Source: Squalus acanthias (lineage: Eukaryota). From it: DNA of 64,000 bases. The stretch is taken from positions 73,904,001 through 73,968,000 of the forward strand of contig CM059430.1 of assembly GCA_030390025.1 (NCBI GenBank). Reading direction: 5' to 3'. Both the position numbers and the translations under genes were made by a program. The notes below the pieces were generated by a model, which had not been told where the DNA came from, made no database searches, and saw only the letters and a program-made list of their open reading frames with translations. Positions 53,181 through 64,000 of this stretch are shown here, piece after piece; position 1 is the first letter of the stretch, and each line of letters begins with the position of its first letter.

Positions 53181-53484
53181 CATATACAACGAGTTCTGTG
53201 CGGCATCCATCAACAAGCGGGAAATGCCGAAATGTAACTCTACAGCTATAGAATCCAGCGTCCTTGAAACTCACATTATGAAGATGTAGAAAAAATGTTC
53301 CATTCGTTGCGTTTGTCGAAGGTTATTGCTACAGATGAATTGGAATTGTGCTTCATCCATAAAACACGTTGAATGTCGTTGTTCCTGAGGCCAGGTACAT
53401 TTCCTAGTAAGGAAACATTTTTGCCTCTAATCACCGCAACTGAGTTAGGGAAGTGATTGACATTCGAAGGAACACTTTGGCTCG
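53181..53484 (-). pseudogene. Ig V-set domain exon with J-like C-terminus, frameshifted
   Basis: caacag|ASQSVPSNVNHFPNSVAVIRGKNVSLLGNVP..VLWMK..(frameshift)..GTFFLHLHNVSFKDAGFYSCRVTFRHFPLVDGCRTELVVY|gtaagt; 304 nt (3n+1). Confidence 0.85.
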
Positions 53485-53667
53485 CTGTTGGAAATAGATA
53501 TTGCAGCACAATATTTACTTTGAACACAGTAGATCGAGAATTGTTTAATAACAGAACAAACCAAAATACGGCAATATAAATTTAACAATTAATGAATAAT
53601 ATTTGTATTTCTGTCGACAAATCTCCGCTGCAGAACCGGAACGTTTTAAATAAAATTGGTCAAATAC

Positions 53668-53734
53668 CTGTGCAGAAAATCCCCAGTGTGGCACAATACT
53701 GAAATACGATATTCCGAACCAGAACTAAACCCAT
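53668..53734 (-). pseudogene. Signal-peptide exon
   Basis: ATG at 53734: MGLVLVRNIVFQYCATLGIFCT, 67 nt, phase-1 donor CAG|GTATTT, 183-nt intron to the V exon. Confidence 0.7.
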
Positions 53735-55235
53735 AACTGAGTTGAGCTTTGCAGATAATCCGATCAGACAACTGTTACAGTGACGAGTATGGTGTAACAT
53801 ATCTAAACTCAGCCCGCTGAGGATCTGCGCTGTGCAGGGTGTCTGCTCCGCCCTCAACATGCCGTGTTTCGGTTCGCTGTTCCACTCCTGCAACTCTCAC
53901 TCAGGAAATGTACACACCACAGACAGAAAAAAATAGCTTTAACATCCGCCTATGTTAGTGACTTCCAATATCCTAAGAACAACAACTCGGCTACTCTCGG
54001 TTAAAAATGCAGCAATAAAAAAACGATATCCCCGAATGTAAGGTAATAAAGCGATTAAGAACAGGCAGCTGTGAACTGCTCGCGGAAGGTAAAGGGAATT
54101 GTAATGGAACAAGATACGAATATACGGTGCAAGTGGAAAGTTTTCAGGAAGTATTTCCAAGGCAAAGTGCGTGCGAGAGTGAGACAAAGAGTGAAACAGG
54201 GACAAGGGAGAGGGAGAGGGAGAGAGAAGGGGAGTGGGGAAGTCGGGTCACAACGTGCGAGAGAAGAAGAGCGGGAAGAGATATCCAGAGGGCAAGTGGA
54301 CATAGTAGTTTTCAGGTAAATAACAATTTGAATTTCATCTACTCGTGTTCTTCTGGAAGATTTGTGTCCACTGTTGCGTGATAAGGCTACACATTGTCAA
54401 TTTAGGCGTCGCGGTAAACCAGGTCAATGTTATTCCAAAATTCACCATGAGCAGACAATTAACTGCTGGTGTACCATGTCACAACGTTGAAGTGTTTTAA
54501 TTTGCACATGATTTAATCTGAGACTAAATACTTCAAATGTTTGACCTGCTGGTATACAGCAAAGCTTTAGTCAATTTGAGCAGCTCTTTGCATGCGGCCT
54601 TTGCAAGAATCCTTAGATCATCACAATTCATTTTTGAAATAGATATATATGTGACACACAGTTCATTCATGGGGTATTCAACATCAGATATCTTCACAGT
54701 GCATTAACCAAACTGGTTAGAAGGGGATATTCTCTTTTTTTTCCCCTCACAATTCACCGGAAACACTTTTGATAACAAGAAGATGGTCTGTCAGTAACAT
54801 TGCTGTAGATTTTAAGGGAAAACATTCACATGACGCTCTGAACTCTTGCCAGATATGTAGATACGCGTACTGAGAATAATATTGCAGACTGCTAATAGAA
54901 TTTTAACGTTTCTTTCCCTTTATTTTTTGCTTGCCATTTTCTGAGCTCCTTATCAGTTCTCCAAATGAGCTTTAATTCCACGGATACTGGAAACTTCTTG
55001 CTGCCTTGACAATTGTTTCTTATTTTAGACGGGGAGGACAGTGCTTCTTGGTAATCATTCCAATCGGGTCTGGGTATGGAATGAAACAGCCAAGCCTAAT
55101 TATATCTTCGAGAAAAAAAGCCCACGGTTCCCCATGAGCACTTTCTCTCGGATTCCCGTTCATATTCTGCCGAACTGTAGATAAAAATGAGAAGTCGCAC
55201 AACACCAGGTTATAGTCCAACAGATTTATTTAATT

Positions 55236-55273
55236 TTACAAGCTTTCGGAGCTATCGCTCCTTCGTCAGGTAA
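55236..55273 (-). ncRNA. Minimal type I hammerhead ribozyme
   Basis: TTAC-CTGACGA-A-GGAGC-GATA-GCTCC-GAAA-GC-TT-GTAA: intact CUGANGA/GAAA core, stem I TTAC/GTAA, palindromic AGCT stem III. Confidence 0.8.
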
Positions 55274-55513
55274 GTTAGCAATGAGAGAATCTCCCAGAAT
55301 TCACAATTTAAACCCAGACAAAATCTATTCACATTATTTGCTACAACAAAGAGCACAGCCAAGACAATGAGATGTGTCCCAGGGGGTCCAGCGTGTCAAA
55401 CCACCTGCTGGCTGCATATCCTGTCAATTTGTGTTCTTGTGTTTTTAAAAAAAAAAAAAAACAAAAAAAAAAAACCAAAAAAAACACCTGGGAAGACCGG
55501 CCATGATGTCAAG

Positions 55514-57364
55514 TCACGTTCTGTATCGTGACATGAACCCGATATCGCGATTGAGGCCATCCTCATGAGTGCGGAACTTGGCTATCAGTTTCTGCTCTAT
55601 GATTTTGCGCTGTCGTGTATCTCGAAGGCCGCCTTGGAGAACGCTTACCCGCAGATCCGAGGCTGAATGCCCCTGGCTGCTGAAGTGTTCCCCGACTGGG
55701 AGGCAACCCTCCTGCCTGGCGATTGTTGCGCGGTGTCCGTTCATACGTTGTCTCAGTGTCTGCATGGTCTCGCCGATGTACCATGCTCTGGAGCATCCTT
55801 TACTGCAACGTATCAGGTAGACAACGTTGGCCGAGTCACATGAGTATGTACCGTGTACCTGGTGGGTAGTGTCCTCACGTGTAATGATGGTATCTGTGTC
55901 CATGATTTGGCATGTCTTGCAGAGGTTGCCGTGGCAGGGTTGTGTGGTGTCTTGGTTGCTGTTCTCCTGAAAGATGGGTAATCTGCTGCGAACGATGGTA
56001 CTTTTGAGGTTAGGCGGCTGCTTGAAGGCGAGTAGTGGAGGCGTGGGGATGGCCTTAGCAAGGTGTTCGTCGTCATCGATGACATGTTGAAGGCTGCGAA
56101 GAACATGGCGTAGTTTTTCCGCTCCGGGGAAGTACTGGATGACGTAGGGTACTCTGTTGGTTGTGTCCCGTGTTCGTCTTCTGAGGAGGTCTATGCGGTT
56201 TTTCGCTGTGGCCCGTCGGAACTGTCGATCGACGAGTCGAGCGTCATATCCCGTTCTTACGAGAGCGTCTTTCAGTGTCCGTAGGTGTCCATCGCGTTCC
56301 TCCTCGTCTGAGCAGATCCTGTGTATTCGCAGGGCTTGTCCATAGGGGATGGCTTCTTTAACGTGGTTAGGGTGGAAGCTGGAGAAGTGGAGCATCGTGA
56401 GGTTGTCCGTGGGCTTGCGGTAGAGTGAAGTGCTGAGGCGTCCGTCTTTGATGGAGATTCGTGTGTCCAAGAATGAAACCGATTCTGAGGAGTAGTCCAT
56501 GGTGAGTTTGATGGTGGGATGGAACCTGTTGATGCTATCGTGTAGTCCTTTCAGTGATCCTTCGCCGTGGGTCCAAAGGAAGAAGATGTCGTCGATGTAT
56601 CTGGTGTACAGCGTTGGTTGGAGGTCCTGTGCAGCGAAGAAGTCTTGCTCGAACTTGTGCATGAAGATGTTGGCGTATTGGGGTGCGAATTTGGTCCCCA
56701 TGGCTGTTCCGTGTGTTTGGGTGAAAAAATGGTTGTCGAAGGTGAAGACATTGTGGTCAAGGATGAAGCGGATGAGTTGTAAGATGGCGTCCGGAGATTG
56801 GCTGTTGTTGGTGTTGAGTACTGAGGCTGTCGCAGCGATGCCGTCATTGTGGGGGATATTGGTGTAGAGTGCCGATACGTCCATTGTGACGAGGAGTGTT
56901 CCTGGTTCAACTGGTCCATGGGTGCTGAGTTTCTGCAAGAAGTCTGTAGTGTCGCGACAGAAGCTGGGGGTTCCCTGTACGATGGGTTTCAGGATGCCCT
57001 CGACGTACCCAGAGAGGTTCTCACACAGGGTTCCGTTGCCTGATACGATAGGACGTCCGGGTGTGTTGGCTTTGTGTATCTTTGGGAGGCAGTAAATGTC
57101 TCCTACGCGGGGAGTACGTGGGATGAGAGCGCGTAGGATGTTTTGAAGGTCTGGATCGAAGGTCTTGATCAGTCTATTGAGTTGGCGGGTGTGTTCTTTG
57201 GTCGGATCTGCGGGTAGCTGTCTGTAGTGTTCCTGGTTGTCCAGTTGTCGGTATGCTTCTTTGCAATAGTCCGTTCTGTTCTGTATGACGATGGCTCCTC
57301 CTTTGTCCGCTGGTTTGATGACGATGTTGCGGTTGGTCTTGAGTGCGTGGATGGCGTTGCGTTG
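55514..57364 (-). CDS. Penelope RT and GIY-YIG endonuclease ORF, 5'-truncated, about 616 aa without stops
   Basis: IKPADKGG, LPKIHK..PGRPIVS, MDVSALYTNI, GTAMG, RYIDD, FLD, CHGNLCKTC linker, NVVYLIRC..YIGET, GLN. Confidence 0.92.
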   Translation of the reverse strand, partial: QRNAIHALKTNRNIVIKPADKGGAIVIQNRTDYCKEAYRQLDNQEHYRQLPADPTKEHTRQLNRLIKTFDPDLQNILRALIPRTPRVGDIYCLPKIHKANTPGRPIVSGNGTLCENLSGYVEGILKPIVQGTPSFCRDTTDFLQKLSTHGPVEPGTLLVTMDVSALYTNIPHNDGIAATASVLNTNNSQSPDAILQLIRFILDHNVFTFDNHFFTQTHGTAMGTKFAPQYANIFMHKFEQDFFAAQDLQPTLYTRYIDDIFFLWTHGEGSLKGLHDSINRFHPTIKLTMDYSSESVSFLDTRISIKDGRLSTSLYRKPTDNLTMLHFSSFHPNHVKEAIPYGQALRIHRICSDEEERDGHLRTLKDALVRTGYDARLVDRQFRRATAKNRIDLLRRRTRDTTNRVPYVIQYFPGAEKLRHVLRSLQHVIDDDEHLAKAIPTPPLLAFKQPPNLKSTIVRSRLPIFQENSNQDTTQPCHGNLCKTCQIMDTDTIITREDTTHQVHGTYSCDSANVVYLIRCSKGCSRAWYIGETMQTLRQRMNGHRATIARQEGCLPVGEHFSSQGHSASDLRVSVLQGGLRDTRQRKIIEQKLIAKFRTHEDGLNRDIGFMSRYRT

Positions 57365-57469
57365 TGCTGTAGATAAGCAGAGGGATTTGGGGGTGCAGCT
57401 TTACAAATCGCTAAAAGATAGTGGACAGGTGCACATGTAATCAAAATAGGTAACGGAATGCTGGCCTTC

Positions 57470-58130
57470 CCGATTTCTCTCCTGAATGGGCTAGCTCTAA
57501 TTTTATGATTTTGTCCACTTGTTCTGGATTCCTGCACCAGAACAAGTAGTTTCTCTCTATCTACCCTATCGAATCGCTTCATAATTTCAGACACCTCAGC
57601 TAGATAAGCCTTCAAACATTTGATCTCAAAGGAATACAAGCCAATTTTATGCAACCTGCCGTCATAATTTAGCACATAAAGCTATTATTTTGAAACTACG
57701 CTGTGCACCCTCCAAGTTCAATAATTCCTTCCTGAGGTGCAGTGCCGAAAATTGAATACAGTACTTCAAATGTGATCTGACCAAGGTTCTGTACAATTGC
57801 AGCATAACATCCCCCCCCCCCCTTTGCATGCCACCCCGTTGAGACAAAAGCGAACATTCCATTAGCGTTTTTGAGTACACTTTGTACCTGTCCATTAGCT
57901 TTTAGTAATTTGTGTACATGGGCACTTAAATCCATTTGCTCCTCCAAAGATCCAAGTCTCTCGGCATTACTAAAATATTCCGATTCATCCTTCCTGGATT
58001 CATAGTGAAATACTGCACTGGTCTCTGCATTTGAAGTCCATCTGACATAGTTCTGCCCACTCACTTTATCTGTTTAAGTCCTATTGTTACTTCATACTCC
58101 CAACTATACAATGCACTTTGCATACCAACT
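57470..58130 (-). mobile_element. CR1 RT C-terminal fragment (with a short plus-strand CR1 piece at 57367-57468)
   Basis: VMLQLYRTLVRSHLKYCIQF, RLHKIGLYSFE..SRTSGQN. Confidence 0.8.
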
Positions 58131-59559
58131 TAACATCACCTGAAAATTTTAGTACTCAAAAACATCAGCAAAAGAATACTGCCAACTGCAGCAGGATTAC
58201 TCTTAGAAAGCGTCCCAAGGCTCTCAACAAGCTGATCAAAAATGGATGCCCAGAATAGTAAACGCACCACAGAGGCCAAAGGAGATAAGGACCAAATCTT
58301 AAAATGCTTCAGACACTCAGCAGGTTATGTTCCATCTATGGTATCAACAGACCAGCCACCGATTCAGATGTGGACGCTTCGTAAACTAATGGCAACAAGT
58401 CCACACTTGACCCATTGACTAGGCTGTTCTCTCCAAAGATACTGCCTAAGCGGAAGCGTGTTTACGACATTTTCTGTTTTTGTTTAACTTTTTCAGAGTG
58501 TGTAGTAGTTTTCCTTGATTGGGATGAGATCGAAGACGGCTTTCGAAAATCGGGAAGCCGTTAGATGGGAATGTGCGGCTTATGCAAAAGCAGTAAAATA
58601 TACCGCAAAAAGCTCAAATTTGACCCAAAGAGAATTAAGTGAGACATTACACAGGAAGCTTAAATTTGAACTGCACAGAGCATCTACATACACTAACATA
58701 CAGGGATGACATTTTCTGCAATGATAAAGTGGATCGAAACTGTGGAAGAATCTATAACGTCTGTTTATAACATTGGCGACACGGCAGGACCAGAGCTAAT
58801 ATATGGGAGTGATATGCGAATGTGACTTAATGTGGAATAAGATGGAAATGGCTAACCCTTTGGCGATTTGAAGGTTAAGAAAGTTGGAGCTCAGGGCATT
58901 CGTAAGCAGTCAAGAAGTCGAGAGTGGAAGTGACATATACGTGGATAAGGATTTCTGTGATGGTCACCGTGCAGGTTTTTAACGCTTTGGCTAAGAAAAT
59001 CGGCAGTCCCTGTAATTGTAATAAATAAGAAGTGCAGCTCATGCATCAGCGAGCATGCTCACTCCTGAATTCATTTCGAATGAGTAGCCAGGTAATAGGA
59101 TGGAATTGGATCTCAGGCTGGGCCTTTGGTTTGGAGACCAAATTGTAGAGGCCAAAGTGCTCACAATCCCCGTATTGTCATCTGCCAAATACACCTATCA
59201 GGGACTTATATTATTTTAAAATACCACTTCAGATTCTTAAACGTTCTTGAACTTCAAAACGCATTCATCAAATTCAAATAAATATTTTTGTTTTGCAAAT
59301 ATATTTTTCATGCTCAACAGCTACAAAATTATATTTGTCAAAACCGCAATGGAAAGAGTTGCGGTATTTGACCTAAGATCACTTCGAGATTATTGTTTTT
59401 TTACGCTCGCGAGGTTGAGTAGTCTGTGTTGCACGACGGGTTTTTGTTCACACATCCTTTGTGGTTGATATTCTTTGTTTGAAGCGTAAAACAGTCACTG
59501 CTTGCAGAATTTTGCATTTTCTGTGTAAATGCTGAACTAAAGGTTGCTAATATTACTTA

Positions 59560-62500
59560 AACATATAATAGCATTTCAGAGCTCTGCCACAATATTAAGC
59601 AAGGATCGGTGGAAACCCTGGAGATAGGTCTGCACAGAGATTAAACGGAGTTGACTTGAACAGAGATTTTTAATTTCGGAATTTTGAAAGAGTGGAAAAT
59701 CGGAGAAGAGGTGGAAGGAGTTGTTGCATTTTACCTATACTACTTCTAGTGCGTTGTGTTGCAGGTGGATACTTAATTTCAGTACACTTAACTTACACTA
59801 GATCAAATAAGTAATAAGAAATTACACTGTAAACAAGGTTACGTAAATACAAATCTAATTACATTTAATAAAATAAATAAAATCATACAGGGATGGCGTT
59901 TCAGGTGATGGGCAGCAGCTGCAACATGCGCGAGTTTGTGGAGAGCATTGTGATCCCGGACAATCATACATACATAAGAGCATAAGAAGTAGGAGCAGGA
60001 GTAGGCCATACGACCCTTCGGGTCTGCTCCGCCAGTCAATAGGATCATGGCTGATCAGAAACTAGACTCACGTCCACTTCACTGCCCGCTCCCCATAACT
60101 CTTAATTCCCTTTTCAGCTAGGAAACTTTCTATCTCCGTTTAAAATTTATTTAATGTCGCAGCTTCCACAGATCTCTGAGGTAGCAAATTCCATAGATTT
60201 ACTACCCTCTGAGTGAAGACGTTTTTCCTTATCTCAGTTTTGAAACGGCAGCTCCTAATTCTAAGATTATGCCCCCTAGTTCTAGTCTCACCCATCAGTG
60301 GAAACATTCTATCCGCATCCACCCGATCAAGCCCTCTCACAATCTTATATGTTTCGATAAGATCGCCTCTCATTCTTCTGTATTCCAATGAGTACAGGCC
60401 CAACCTACTCAACCTTTCCTCATAAGTCAACCCCGTCATCTCCGGAATCAACCGATTGAACCTTCTATGAACTGCCTGGAGAGCAAGTTTATATTTTCTT
60501 AAATATGAAAACCAAAACTCTACGCAGTATTCCAGGTGTGGCCTCACCAGTACCCTGTGTAGCTGAAGCAAGACTTCCCTGCTTTTATACTCCATCCCCC
60601 TTGCAATACAAGCCAAGATTCCATTGACCTTCCTGATCACCTGCTGTACCTGCATACTAACCTTCTGTGTTTCATGCACCGGGAACCCTGGATCCCTTTG
60701 TACTGTAGAACTTTGCAGTTTCTTTCCTTTTAGATAATAACTTGCTCTTTGATTTTTTCTGCCAAAGTGCTTAACCTCACACTTTCCAACATTATATTCC
60801 ATCTGCCAAATTTCTGCCCACTGACTTAGCCTGTCTATGTTCTTTTGTAGGTTTTTTATGTCCTCATCACTCAATGCTTTTCCTCCCATCTTTGTATTAT
60901 CTGCAAGCTTGGATACGTTACACTTGGTCCCCTCCTCCAAATCGTTAATATAGATTGTAAAGAGTTGAGGTCCCAGCACTGACCCCTGCGGAACAACACT
61001 AGTTACTGATTGCCAACCCGAGAATGAACCATTTATCCCAAATCTCTGTTTTTTGTTAGATAGCCAATCTTCCACCCATGCCAGTATATTACCCCCAATC
61101 CCGTGAGTTTTTAACTGGTGCAGTAATCTTTTGTGTGGTACCTTGTCAAATGCCTTTCGGAAGTCCAAATACACCACATCCACTGATTTTCCTTTATCCA
61201 CATTGTTTGTTACGTCTTCAAACAATTCGAGCAAATTTGCCAAGCACGATTTCCCCTTCATAAAACCATGCTGACTCTTTCCGATTAAGTTATGCTTATC
61301 CAAATGTCCTGTTACTGCTTCCTTAATAATTGACTCCAGCATTTTACCAACCACAGATGTTAGGCTAACTGGTCTATAGTTACCAGCATTTTGTCTACCT
61401 CCCTTTTTAAATAAGGGTATTACATTAGCAGTTTTCCATTCTACTGGGCCCTTTCCTGAATCCAGGGAGTTTTGGAAAATTACCACCAATGCATCCACAA
61501 TCCCTACTGCAACTTCTCTCAAGACCATAGGATGTGAGCCATCAGGTCCAGGGGATTTATCGGCCTTAAGTCCCATTATGTTACCGAGTACCATCTCCTT
61601 AGTGATTTTAATCGTGTTTAGCTCCTCTCCCCCTTAGCCCCTTGTTTGTCCAGTGTTGGGATATTTTTAGTGTTCTCTACTTTGAAGACTGATACAAAAT
61701 ATTCGGCGTATTTGCCTTCTCCATGTTCCCCAGTACTAACTTCCCGGTCTTGTCCTCTAAGGGACCAATATTCACTTTAGCCACCTTTTTCTTTTTATAT
61801 AACTGTTGAAACTCTTGCTATCTGTTTTTATATTTCTTGCTAGTTTACTTTGACAATCTATCTTCACTTTTTTAATTAATCTTTTAGTTATTCAATGCTG
61901 GTTTTATAATGCTTCCCAATCTTCTGTCCTCCCACTAGATTTGGCTATTTTATATGCCATGTGTTTAGTCGGATACTATCCTTTATTACTTTACTTAGCC
62001 ACGGATGGCTTTCTTTTCTTTTACGCCACTTTTTCCTCAGTGGAATATATTTTTCTTGAAAGTTGTGAAATACCTCCTTGAATGTACACACATGCTCCTG
62101 TACCGTCTGATATCTTAATATATTTTCCCAGACCACTTCATAGTCTCCAATATTTAAGATTGGTACGCTGGTTTGAGATCCAAAACTCTCAACCTCCAAC
62201 TGAATTTGGAATTTAACCATGTTATGGTCACTCATTCCAAGGGGATCCTTTACTAGAACATTTTTTATTAATCCTTTCTCATTACACAGGACCAGATCTA
62301 AGATTGCCTGCCCCCTTGTTGGTTCAGTAACATACTGCTCAAGGAACCCGTCCCTAATGCACTCTATGAACTCTTCTTCAAGGCTGCCCTGCCCAATTTG
62401 ATTTGTCCATACAATATGAAAGTTAAAATCGCCCATGATTATAGCTGTTCCCTTATTACAAGCCCCAACTATTTCCTGATTAATACTTCAACCACGTTTG

Positions 62501-64000
62501 CAGTAAGTGCCTGCAGCTTGAGGAGCTTCAGCTTAGAGTTTTTGAGCTGAAGTCTGAGGTTCTGTCATTGTGGGGCATCAGGAATGGAGTGTGTTATCTG
62601 GACACTTTGATCCAGGAGTCAGTCACACCCCTTAGGTTAGGTAGTGGTACAGGTCTGCTTAGAGGTCAGAGACAGAAGGGTGTGACTGCAACTCAGCCAG
62701 GTAAGTGGACCCCAGGTGCAATGCTGGTAGATCCTCAGCTTGTCCAACAGCTATGCGGTTTTTGCTGCCTGTGTGGTTGAGGGAAAACCCAGCAGGATGG
62801 ATCAGCAAGTTGACCATGGCACCATGGTGCAGGAGGCTATTCAAGTGGGGGAGTGAGAGGGAATGTAGTTGTGGTAGAGGTCAGTACAGTCAAGTGGACA
62901 GATGCTGTTCTCTGCAGCCGTGACCGAGAGTTCTGAATGTGTTGCATGAACGATGACAGGGATAAAGACATCTGCTTGAGGCTTAAGAAGCACTTGGAGT
63001 GGGAGGGGTTGCATCTGGTTGTCGTGGTCCAGGAAGGACCAACGTCATAATTAGAACTAGAAATGGGGTTCTGCTGAGGTGTTTTGAGGAGCTAGGATCA
63101 AAATTAAAAAGCAGAATCGCAAAGGTAATAATCTGTGGAATGTTTTCTGAACCGGGCACAGATTGGCATAAGGACAAATTGATTAGAGGTTTAAATGCGT
63201 GGCTCAAAGAGAGGTGTGGGAGGAAGGGGTTTCAGTTCATGAGGCATTGGCACCAGCACTGGGGAAAGAGGGAGCTGTTCCGTTGGGACGGAACCAGGCT
63301 CCTGGCGAACCGAATAATTAGTGCAATAGACAGGGGATTAATCTAATGAATGGGGGTGGGGAGTTGTGGGAGGACTCAGGAAATAATCAATTTAAAAGCA
63401 ACGAGAAAATTGCCAAATCTCTAGAGCAGAGTAGTGTTTTGGGTTAAAATGAGCAGATTGCGTCAGGAAGGGACAGAGAGAGTAACAAAGATAATAAGGC
63501 ATCAGTGACAAAGGTGACATCAGGGAAAATGGATAAGTCAAATCTAAAGGCACTATATCTGAACGCGAAGCATTCACTGCAAAAGAGATGAAAAATAGCG
63601 CAGATAGAAATGAACATGTTTCATCGAATATCCATAATTGAGACGTGGTTGCAAAGTGGCCAATGTTGGGAAATAAATATTCCAGGATACTTATCGTTTG
63701 GAAGAGATAGGTAAAATGGAAATGGAGGAGGGGTAGCCCTGATTATAAAGAATGGGATAAAAGCAGCAGAGAGAAAGGAACTTATCTCCGAAAATCAAGA
63801 AGTAGAATCAGTTGAGGTGGAGCTAAGAAACATTGGTGCGAGTAGTTTATAGGCCATCTAACAATAGTTGTAATGTAGGGCAGAGTATAAATCAGAAAAT
63901 TAGAGGCGCATGTCACAAGGGTAATACAACGATCATGGGGGACCTTAATCAACATATCAACTGGGCAAACAAAATTTGCAGTAATAGTGTGGAGGACGAA
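59560..64000 (+). mobile_element. CR1 LINE 5' part (5' UTR, ORF1, EN start), split by an antisense CR1; runs off the window
   Basis: MAFQVMGSSCNM..IPDNH (59893-59968) continues as VCSKCLQLEEL (62496+); esterase LNAWLKERCGRKGF..HW; EN YLNA, ETW, GGGVALII, MGDLN. Confidence 0.85.
59969..62490 (-). mobile_element. CR1 LINE (EN to 3' end) related to 32923-34490, older
   Basis: 484-aa RT ORF 60140-61594 with catalytic FADD decayed to LADN; EN MGDFN..SDHN at 61945-62436; tail at ~59970-59990. Confidence 0.93.

Larger units (their letters stand above)
37185..53734 (-). pseudogene. Ig-superfamily receptor pseudogene, SIRP/NKp30(NCR3)-like: leader - V(J-like) - C1 - TM - cytoplasmic
   Basis: Collinear exons with phase-1 junctions: 53734-53668, 53484-53181, 47726-47421, 42444-42331, tentative 37733-37681 and 37295-37185. 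Lesions: frameshift in V, canonical Cys lost in each Ig domain, TM acceptor CG instead of AG. Confidence 0.8.
55185..57366 (-). mobile_element. Young 5'-truncated Penelope-like retroelement (Neptune-like)
   Basis: Perfect 10-bp TSD CTGTAGATAA (55175-55184, 57367-57376); open RT and GIY-YIG frame; pLTR tail with hammerhead motif. Confidence 0.95.

Noticed and set aside
53100-53200. Recombination signal sequence after the V exon
   Set aside because: No CACAGTG-spacer-nonamer seen; the exon ends in a normal splice donor
60140-61594. 484-aa ORF as an active reverse transcriptase
   Set aside because: The catalytic motif is LADN instead of FADD and the upstream EN is frameshifted

Overview
Repeat-dominated (roughly three quarters transposon-derived) vertebrate genomic DNA. 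The mix of CR1, L2 and Penelope retroelements, Harbinger transposons and the Ig-receptor style suggests a cartilaginous fish (inference). No intact host gene is visible. The one host locus I can reconstruct is a minus-strand Ig-superfamily receptor pseudogene (~37185-53734) with leader, V domain with J-like end, C1, TM and cytoplasmic exons. It is SIRP/NKp30-like and combines an Arg in the TM with two ITIM-like motifs whose Tyr codons appear mutated. Mobile elements: many CR1 LINEs (several nested), Zenon-like CR1-group LINEs plus a SINE built from their two ends, L2 fragments, a 1134-bp solo LTR, a near-complete two-gene Harbinger relic, several Harbinger-like MITEs with AAT TSDs and a conserved central palindrome, and a very young Penelope-like element with an open RT/GIY-YIG frame, a 10-bp TSD and a minimal hammerhead ribozyme. 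There is an assembly gap at 51101-51391. Boundaries of old repeats are approximate; all alignments were done by eye.
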